Positions 57,660 through 64,000 of a stretch of DNA of 64,000 nucleotides are shown piece after piece. Origin of the DNA: Caldilineaceae bacterium (GTDB lineage Bacteria; Chloroflexota; Anaerolineae; Caldilineales; Caldilineaceae). How positions within the stretch are numbered: position 1 is the first letter of the stretch; the number at the start of each line of letters is the position of its first letter. The translations under genes and the position numbers were made by a program. Location of the stretch: positions 834-64,833 of the forward strand of contig JAHDWH010000004.1 of NCBI GenBank assembly GCA_023384455.1, read 5' to 3'. The notes below the pieces were generated by a model, which made no database searches, had not been told where the DNA came from, and saw nothing but the letters and a program-made list of their open reading frames with translations.

Positions 57660-59317
57660 TGCAGCCCATCCGCCACTGGCGTCTGGGCTGGCTGCTCCTG
57701 GCCGCCGCCCTCTTTCTCCTCCTGGCCGCCTATCAGTTGGGTCTGCCCGGCCTGCACTACGACGAAGCCAAAGAAGCGGGCGTCAACGCCCTGGAACTGC
57801 TCGCGGACAGACCGGTCACAGCCTTTCGCGGGGCAACGGTCACCCTCTTTGGCACGGCCCTCCCCCTGATGGTTCAGGACTACATCGGCGCGCTGAACGT
57901 CTACCTCAGCCTCCCCTTCCTGGCCGCCACGGGCATCGGCGTACCCAACCTGCGCTTTTTGCCCATCCTTCTCGGCCTGCTGGCCCTGCTCGCCCTGGAA
58001 CGGGCCATCTCCGAATGGCTGGCCCTGACCCGCTCGGATTCCAACCCGCCGGCCATCTCCCTGGCCGGGCTGTTTGCGGTCACCCTCCTGGCCGCCTCCC
58101 CCAGCTTTGTCTTCTGGCAGCGCCAGGGCATTTTCGTCACCAACGCCATCCTGCCCTGCACCTTTGCCGCGCTCTGGCTGGCCCTGCGCTGGCTGCGTAC
58201 AGGCGGGCCCGGCGCGCTCATCGCCGGGGCCTTTGCCGCGGGTCTCGCCCTCTATGCCAAACTGCTGGCAGTCTGGGTCCTTGCGCCTTTCGCCCTGCTG
58301 CTGGGGGGCTGGTGGTTGCTTCGGCTGCGGGAAAAGGGGGGGACGATCAGCCCCACAGCCACCCCGCTTCCCCACGTCTCGTTGGTCTCTCTGCTGGTCG
58401 CAGCAACGGCTGGCACAATCCCCCTCCTCCCATTGCTCCTCTTCAACTGGCAGACGGGCGGCACCTTTGCCAGCATCGGCGGCAACCTGAACCAGAGCTA
58501 CTACGGCGTGGAAAACGCCGCCCTCCTCGCCAACCTGCCCGTGCGCCTGGCACAGATGGCTGGCGTCCTCCGGGGGGATCACTTCTGGTATCTGGGCGGA
58601 ATCCACGCCAACAGCCTGGCCCCCTGGCTGGCGGGGGTTGCCCTGCTGCCCGCCCTGCTCCACCCGGAGGGGCGCAGATGGGTCGCGCCGCCCCTGGCCC
58701 TGGCCCTGCTGGCCGTGGGGGCCAGCCTCTTCACAGTCAGCGATCTCTTCATCACCCACTACGCCCTGCTCCATCCCCTGCTGGTGGTGCCGGTTGCCAT
58801 CGCCCTGGCCTGGCTATACGACTGGAGCCGGGCCCGTTTCCCCCTCCTTCCCCTGCTGCCGGTTGCCCTGCTCACCCTCTGGCTCGGCGGCGATCTGAGC
58901 GCCACCCTCGCCTATCACCAGACCCTTGCCCAGAGCGGCGGTCTGGCCGACCATTCGGACGCCACCTATCACCTGGCCTATCACCTGCGCTACAACGGCC
59001 TGGGCGCGCCTATCGCCCTGGACTGGGGGCTGGATGCGCCGGTCCGCTACCTGAGCGCAGGCACAGTCACCCCCATCGAGATTTTTGGCTATGCGTCCCT
59101 GACCGAACCGGACGAAGAATTCCCCACCCGGCTTGACCCCTTTCTGGACAACCCGGACAATGTATATCTGCTCCACGCGCCGGGGCAGGCGGTCTTTGGG
59201 GGGCGGCGGGAGGCCTTTTTTTCCCTGGCACGGCTACACGGGCGGGAGCCACGGCTGGAGGCAACCTTTGCCCAGCGGGATGGCCTGGCGCTGGTTGAGT
59301 TGTGGCGGCTGCGTTAG
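57656..59317 (+). CDS. GT-C fold (GT39/ArnT-like) membrane glycosyltransferase
   Basis: ATGA overlap with the upstream gene, YDEAKE motif near the N-terminus, and more than 10 TM segments. Confidence 0.6.
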   Translation: MMQPIRHWRLGWLLLAAALFLLLAAYQLGLPGLHYDEAKEAGVNALELLADRPVTAFRGATVTLFGTALPLMVQDYIGALNVYLSLPFLAATGIGVPNLRFLPILLGLLALLALERAISEWLALTRSDSNPPAISLAGLFAVTLLAASPSFVFWQRQGIFVTNAILPCTFAALWLALRWLRTGGPGALIAGAFAAGLALYAKLLAVWVLAPFALLLGGWWLLRLREKGGTISPTATPLPHVSLVSLLVAATAGTIPLLPLLLFNWQTGGTFASIGGNLNQSYYGVENAALLANLPVRLAQMAGVLRGDHFWYLGGIHANSLAPWLAGVALLPALLHPEGRRWVAPPLALALLAVGASLFTVSDLFITHYALLHPLLVVPVAIALAWLYDWSRARFPLLPLLPVALLTLWLGGDLSATLAYHQTLAQSGGLADHSDATYHLAYHLRYNGLGAPIALDWGLDAPVRYLSAGTVTPIEIFGYASLTEPDEEFPTRLDPFLDNPDNVYLLHAPGQAVFGGRREAFFSLARLHGREPRLEATFAQRDGLALVELWRLR

Positions 59318-59359
59318 GCTATTGACGCCCCGCCGGGCTGGTGCTAGAATAGGGCGGTG

Positions 59360-60397
59360 ATGAATGAAAAACAGGAAGCACCTACCCATCTACTTGGCGA
59401 GAGCAGCAGAGAGCGCGGGCAGACCCAGACGATTGACGGTTCTCGGGGCCGCCGCGGTCTGCTTCTCCTCTTTGCCCGTCTGCTGCGCCCCGCCCTGACC
59501 ACAGCCCTGGCCCTGCCGATTCTCTGGGGGCTGGCCCTGGCCCACTGGCACGGCGCACCCCTCAACGGCTGGTCCATCGCCCTGCTGCTCACCGCCACCG
59601 GCGCCTTTTGCATCGGTCTCAGTCTGGCCGGTCACTACGCCGACTTTCAGCGCTGGCTGGCCCAGGAGCGCTCGACACCCGGTGGCGAACAGCTTTTGCC
59701 CGAAGAAAGACAGATCTCCTCTGGGCAGGATGTCTTTCAATTGCTCTACAGCCGCCAGGTGCGTCCGGGCGCCGTGCGCAGTCTGGTGCTGCTCTCTCTC
59801 TGGATCACCCTGCTGGCCTCCCTCTGGCTTGGCGAGCTGGTGGGCTGGCCTCTGTTCTTTTTCGGTCTGCTCAGCGTCCTGTTGGCTGTGCTCTCCCTGC
59901 TGCCCGGTGTGCGCTACTCTCGCTGGCTGTGGATTGTGGGTGATCTGGCCGTGCTGGCCGCGGTGGGCTTTCTGCCTGTGCTCAGCGCCTATTACGCCCA
60001 CCGGGAAGTGATCGACCGCTGGGTGCTGCTGGCAGCCGTCGCGCCCAGCCTCTTGGCCTGGCTCACCTGGACCAGTTACAATCTGCTCAGTTGGCGACGG
60101 GACTGGCGAATCCGCCGGGGTACGGCAGTGGCGATCTTTGGCCCGGAGCGGGCCCTGGACGCTGGCGCGGTCATAGGCGTCGCCGCCTTTACCTCCGTGC
60201 TACTGCTGATGGCCCTGGGCGGCCTGCCCCTCTCTTCCCTGCTGGTGCTGGGCAGCTTGCCCATCTTTCTGCGTGCCTTCACCCACACCAACCAACAACC
60301 TCTGACCCCAACGACCGCCGCCTACGTCATCGACCGCTCCACCCAGGCCGCCATACTGGCCGGGCTGCTCTGGATGCTGGCGTTGTGGAATGGGTAG
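59360..60397 (+). CDS. UbiA-prenyltransferase-like polytopic membrane protein with degenerate Asp-rich motifs
   Basis: GHYADFQR stands in place of NxxxDxxxD, and SWRRDWRIRRGTAVAIFG resembles the second UbiA motif. Confidence 0.45.
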   Translation: MNEKQEAPTHLLGESSRERGQTQTIDGSRGRRGLLLLFARLLRPALTTALALPILWGLALAHWHGAPLNGWSIALLLTATGAFCIGLSLAGHYADFQRWLAQERSTPGGEQLLPEERQISSGQDVFQLLYSRQVRPGAVRSLVLLSLWITLLASLWLGELVGWPLFFFGLLSVLLAVLSLLPGVRYSRWLWIVGDLAVLAAVGFLPVLSAYYAHREVIDRWVLLAAVAPSLLAWLTWTSYNLLSWRRDWRIRRGTAVAIFGPERALDAGAVIGVAAFTSVLLLMALGGLPLSSLLVLGSLPIFLRAFTHTNQQPLTPTTAAYVIDRSTQAAILAGLLWMLALWNG

Positions 60398-60446
60398 GGG
60401 GCTGGGGGCTGGGGATTGGGGACTGGGGATTGGGGATTGGGGAATC
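60397..60446 (+). repeat. Seven GGGG(G/A)(C/T/A)T heptads directly after a stop codon, with no complementary arm
   Basis: ggggctgggggctggggattggggactggggattggggattggggaat. Confidence 0.8.
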
Positions 60447-60491
60447 GTCACCTGCGCCGCTTGCTACTTTCCACCTGCCTTGAAAATAGGC

Positions 60492-60559
60492 TTGTATACA
60501 CGGATGAAAAAGAACACGGATTTTTATTAATCCGTGTTCTTTTTCATCCGTGTATACAA
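60492..60559. terminator. Perfect 31-bp inverted repeat with a 6-nt loop (ACACGGAT-type units)
   Basis: The arm at 60492-60522 is the exact reverse complement of 60529-60559. Confidence 0.7.
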
Positions 60560-60560
60560 A

Positions 60561-60602
60561 ATTTTCATCCCCCGTGGCGCAACCCGTCGCATGGGGAACT
60601 GC
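60561..60602 (-). repeat. R45 dispersed repeat, copy 3 (inverted)
   Basis: The reverse complement reads GCAGTTCCCCATGCGACGGGTTGCGCCACGGGGGATGAAAAT. It abuts the ATG at 60604. Confidence 0.65.
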
Positions 60603-60603
60603 T

Positions 60604-61122
60604 ATGACCGAACTAACCCGCAAGGAATTCTACCAGTTGGCGATTGAGTGCCGGGAGCGGGCGCTGGATTTGGCGCGCCACGACCAGCACCGGGTGGACA
60701 GGGAGCAGTGCAGACGCTTCAATAGCTGGCTGGTGGAGCTGAAAAGGTACACGCGCCTGCAAAGCGCGGTGGGAAAGATGCCGCCAGCCCGGCCCATCAC
60801 CCGCTGGCATGTGATGACCGGTGCGCTGGTGCTCTGGCTGCTGGTTGTCTTCTTCGCCGGGGATCAAATGGGCAATAACGGCCAGCGGGTGCTGAGCGTT
60901 ATCCTGGCCGGTATGCTGATTCTGATCTATTTTCTGCCCGAACGGCTCTACGGCACCACAGTGGAGTTGCTGGAGGGGAAGATGCTGCGGGTGGTGGAGA
61001 CGCTGGAAGCGATTCTGCAATCCCAGGAGATGCAGTTCACCGAAGCCGCCTATTTTCAGGTGAAGGAAAATCTACAGATCGCCCGCCAGGAGCTGCGCCA
61101 GCAGATTCATCTGGCCCATTGA
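60604..61122 (+). CDS. Hypothetical membrane protein (two TM segments)
   Basis: ORF with native codon bias. The start was trimmed out of the hairpin and repeat region. Confidence 0.5.
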   Translation: MTELTRKEFYQLAIECRERALDLARHDQHRVDREQCRRFNSWLVELKRYTRLQSAVGKMPPARPITRWHVMTGALVLWLLVVFFAGDQMGNNGQRVLSVILAGMLILIYFLPERLYGTTVELLEGKMLRVVETLEAILQSQEMQFTEAAYFQVKENLQIARQELRQQIHLAH

Positions 61123-61177
61123 AATGTAAGACGTAAGGCATAAAACGTAAGGTGATGTAGCCACAAAGTGCGGGCCA

Positions 61178-61240
61178 AAACGTGAAGAGGTGAAACGTGA
61201 GATGTCGTCACATACTCTCACGGTTCACCTCTTCACGTTT
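61178..61240. terminator. 25-bp-arm hairpin built from ACGTGAA-type units, lying between convergent genes
   Basis: aaacgtgaagaggtgaaacgtgaga (61178-61202) pairs with 61216-61240 (one mismatch). ACGTAAG units lie upstream at 61130-61160. Confidence 0.65.
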
Positions 61241-61274
61241 CTGCACGCAAATTGTGGCTGCGCGACCTTATGTT

Positions 61275-62054
61275 TTACCCCATCTGCGAAAAATCCGGCT
61301 TGCGTTTCTCAAAGAACGCCTGCAACGCCTCTGCCGCCTCTGGCCCCTGCAACTGTGCCCCAAAGACCGCCAACTCTGCGTCCATTGTTTTTGCGATGAG
61401 GTCGGCCTGGGCCGCCTTCATCAGCCGCTTTGTCTGGCCCAGGGCCGTGGGGGCTTTGGCAGCCAGGATCAGCGCTTTGGAGCGGGCCACCCCTTCCACC
61501 TCCTCCGGCTCGAAAACCCCGTTGACAAAACCCATCGCCAACGCCTGCTCTGCGCCAAAAGGCTCGGCCAGCATCAGCAACTCAGCGGCCCGACGCTGGC
61601 CCAGCAGTTGGGGCAGGAGCAGGCTGGAGCCGGCCTCGGGTACCAGCCCCAAATCCACAAAGGGCAGGTGAAAACGGGCGTTTGTGCCCGCATAGGCCAG
61701 ATCGCAGTGGAGGAGCAGCGTCGTGCCGATGCCGATGGCAACCCCGCAGACCGCGGCCACCAGGGGTTTGGCAAAGGAGCGCAAAGTGGGCAGAAATTGC
61801 ACCACCGGGCTGTCCGGGCTGGTGGGCGGGTTGTTGAGGAAGTCCATCAGATCGTTGCCCGCCGTAAAACAGGCCGGGCCGCCGGTGATGAGCACCGCCC
61901 GCACTTCGTCGTCCCCGCTGGCCCGGACAAGCGCGTCGGTGATCCCCGCGTACATCGCCAGGGTCAGCGCGTTCTTCTTGGCGGGGCGGTTGATGCGGAT
62001 GGTGAGAATGCGGTCGGAGAGATCGGTGAGGATAAGAGAATCTGAATCGGCCAT
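61275..62054 (-). CDS. Enoyl-CoA hydratase/isomerase (crotonase) family protein
   Basis: ILTIRINRPAKKNAL and FTAGNDL. A GGAGG RBS precedes the ATG at 62054. Confidence 0.85.
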   Translation of the reverse strand: MADSDSLILTDLSDRILTIRINRPAKKNALTLAMYAGITDALVRASGDDEVRAVLITGGPACFTAGNDLMDFLNNPPTSPDSPVVQFLPTLRSFAKPLVAAVCGVAIGIGTTLLLHCDLAYAGTNARFHLPFVDLGLVPEAGSSLLLPQLLGQRRAAELLMLAEPFGAEQALAMGFVNGVFEPEEVEGVARSKALILAAKAPTALGQTKRLMKAAQADLIAKTMDAELAVFGAQLQGPEAAEALQAFFEKRKPDFSQMG

Positions 62055-62077
62055 TGTGCCTCCGTTCGATTGTGAGG

Positions 62078-62136
62078 CGTGAAACGTGAAACGTGAGTTC
62101 AATCGGATCTTCTCACGTTTCACGCTTCCCGTTTCT
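62078..62136. terminator. ACGTGAA heptad hairpin after the ABC exporter gene and upstream of the crotonase gene
   Basis: tgaaacgtgag (62087-62097) pairs with ctcacgtttca (62112-62122). Slipped alternatives are possible. Confidence 0.55.
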
Positions 62137-62150
62137 GTGGCAAAAAAGTG

Positions 62151-63968
62151 TTACGAATAGCGGGCAAAAATATCCCGATAGGCCTGGGAACTCTCCAGCA
62201 ACTCCTCGTGGCTGCCCACCGCGGCCACCCGTCCTTTGCGCAGGACCACAATTTTGTCAGCCCAGCGAATCTGGGATAAGCGGTGGGTGATGAGAATCGT
62301 CGTGCGCCCCCGGGTGGCGGCCTCGATGGCCCGCTGAATCTGATCCTCGGTGGCGCTGTCGATGGCGCTGGTGGAGTCGTCCAGAATCAGCACAGCCGGG
62401 TTGGTGAGAAAGGCCCGGGCCAGGGCGATGCGCTGGCGCTGGCCCCCGGAGAGCATCACCCCCCGCTCGCCCACGACTGTCTTGTAGCCCTGGGGAAAGG
62501 TGCTGATGAATTCGTGGGCCTGGGCCGCTTTTGCCGCATCTTCAATCTCTGTCTGGCTGGCCTCTGGGCGGCCAAAGGCGATATTCTCCCCAATCGTGCG
62601 GCTAAAGAGGAAGATGTCCTGCTCGATAATCGAAATCTGCCTACGCAGCGTGGCGATATTCCACCCCCGCACGTCCACCCCGTCCACCGTCACCCGGCCC
62701 TGGGAAACGTCGTAGATGCGGTTGATCAGCTTGGCAACCGTCGTCTTGCCCGCACCGGTCTGCCCCACCAGAGCCAACGTCTGACCCGCCTCAATCGTAA
62801 AGGAGACGTTCTCCAGGGCCGGGCGGCTGACGGATGCGCCATTTTTGCCATTGGCACGCCCTCCCAGCTTGCCGTTGGCGTCCAGAGTCGATTCGTAGCC
62901 AAAGGTGACATTTTCAAAGCGAATCTCGCCCCGCATATCTTCGCTATAGCCGCCCTCGTTGCGGTCGAGTTCGGTCTCCGAGCGCAACAGTTCCAGAATG
63001 CGCCGGGCGCTGGATACGCCGGAAGACACCTGGGAATAGGCGAAGATGGAGACGAAAACCGGAAAGCTAAAGAGCGAAATCAGCCCTGTATAGGCCACCA
63101 CATCGCCCAGAGGCAGAATCTCGGCCCGGAAAAGCACCAGCGCGTGCCAAATTCCTGTGGCCTGGGCAATGCCCAGCAACAGCAGGGGCAGATAGCGGGC
63201 CTCCACCCGGCCCTGGCCCACAAAGGCTTCCCGCACCCGGCGGGCATTCTTCTCAAAGCGCTCGATCTCCACCGTTTCCTGGGCCGCGGCCTTGACGGTT
63301 TCGATGCCCTCGATGGCCGCGGTCAGCCCTGCGTTCATCTGCCCAAAGCTGGCCCGCACCTGGGCCGTGGCCGGGGAGAGGTCCCGCAGGTATTGGGCCA
63401 GGGCAAACGTATAGAGAATTGTAAAGATCAGCGGCGTCCAGATCAGTTGGGGGTGGATGCTGGGCGCAACCAGAATGGGCACGATCAGAAAGTTGGCCGA
63501 GCCGACCACCAGATTGAGGCCGGGGGCTACCAGCAGGGCCAGTTCGCGCACGTCGTTGGTGGCCCGGGCCATCATCTCGCCCGTGGGGTAGCCGTCGTGA
63601 AAGCGCATGGACTTGCCCAGCAGGGAGGCGTAGAGCTCCTGGCGGCTGTCCCGTTCCAGCCGCTGGCCCTGGACTTCGCTGGCCGCGTTGCGGGCCAGTT
63701 GGAGCAGGCTGCGCACCAGCTGGGTGCCCACCATCAGCAGGGAGACCCACAGGATCGTCTGCAAGTTCACCACATCGCCCCGGGCCGCGTTGAATGCCTG
63801 GCCGGAATAGATGGGGATGGCTGTGGCCAGGGCCGCGTTGCCAAAGGCGCCCAGAATGGAGATGATCACCAGCCACATATTGTGTTGCAGATGGGAACCG
63901 AGCCAGCGCACAGGCCCTTTTTTGTTGGTACGGACGGGGTTGGCGACGACAAATTCAGATTTGAGCAT
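62151..63968 (-). CDS. ABC exporter, fused permease-ATPase (MsbA / multidrug type)
   Basis: Six TM segments in the N-terminal half, Walker [10 protein letters not shown], signature [13 protein letters not shown] and Walker [12 protein letters not shown]. Confidence 0.9.
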   Translation of the reverse strand: MLKSEFVVANPVRTNKKGPVRWLGSHLQHNMWLVIISILGAFGNAALATAIPIYSGQAFNAARGDVVNLQTILWVSLLMVGTQLVRSLLQLARNAASEVQGQRLERDSRQELYASLLGKSMRFHDGYPTGEMMARATNDVRELALLVAPGLNLVVGSANFLIVPILVAPSIHPQLIWTPLIFTILYTFALAQYLRDLSPATAQVRASFGQMNAGLTAAIEGIETVKAAAQETVEIERFEKNARRVREAFVGQGRVEARYLPLLLLGIAQATGIWHALVLFRAEILPLGDVVAYTGLISLFSFPVFVSIFAYSQVSSGVSSARRILELLRSETELDRNEGGYSEDMRGEIRFENVTFGYESTLDANGKLGGRANGKNGASVSRPALENVSFTIEAGQTLALVGQTGAGKTTVAKLINRIYDVSQGRVTVDGVDVRGWNIATLRRQISIIEQDIFLFSRTIGENIAFGRPEASQTEIEDAAKAAQAHEFISTFPQGYKTVVGERGVMLSGGQRQRIALARAFLTNPAVLILDDSTSAIDSATEDQIQRAIEAATRGRTTILITHRLSQIRWADKIVVLRKGRVAAVGSHEELLESSQAYRDIFARYS

Positions 63969-64000
63969 CGGGGGATGTTCCTGATGGAAAAGGAAGGACA

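Overview
High-GC (about 60-65%) bacterial chromosomal segment. The gene content and repeat flora suggest a filamentous Chloroflexota-like organism, but this is inference only, since no database search was possible. Core content: a 5'-truncated tandem FemAB gene; a feo iron-uptake locus with two DtxR-family genes; a P1B heavy-metal ATPase; a LacI-controlled sugar or sugar-acid utilisation cluster (RraA-like aldolase, ABC importer, enolase-superfamily dehydratase, aldo-keto reductase); class I fumarase; an SLC12-like transporter; a UvrD-like helicase; a 14-blade RCC1-repeat protein; and an envelope-glycan cluster (O-antigen-ligase/TPR, WecA-like, GT39-like, UbiA-like, GT4, YfhO-like). Accessory genes are interspersed throughout: HigBA, VapC with an antitoxin, BrnTA, YoeB with a decayed YefM, an Rpn-family nuclease, a Uma2 nuclease, a truncated HNH gene and an IS remnant. 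The non-coding flora is unusually rich: two TA-flanked MITE families, heptad-repeat hairpins and G-rich arrays that sit exactly at gene ends (the CCCCAGT/GGGGACT unit resembles cyanobacterial STRR1), twin stem-loops with complementary loops, and a nested 20/21-bp tandem-array complex. The best candidate for an undescribed system is a low-GC, translationally coupled two-gene cassette at 35537-37254. It encodes a DUF4365-like PD-(D/E)xK nuclease and a 387-aa protein with no recognisable family, and it is inserted precisely between the permease and ATPase genes of an ABC importer operon that also carries other accessory insertions. All family calls come from motif recognition by eye. No tRNA, rRNA, CRISPR array or integrase was seen.
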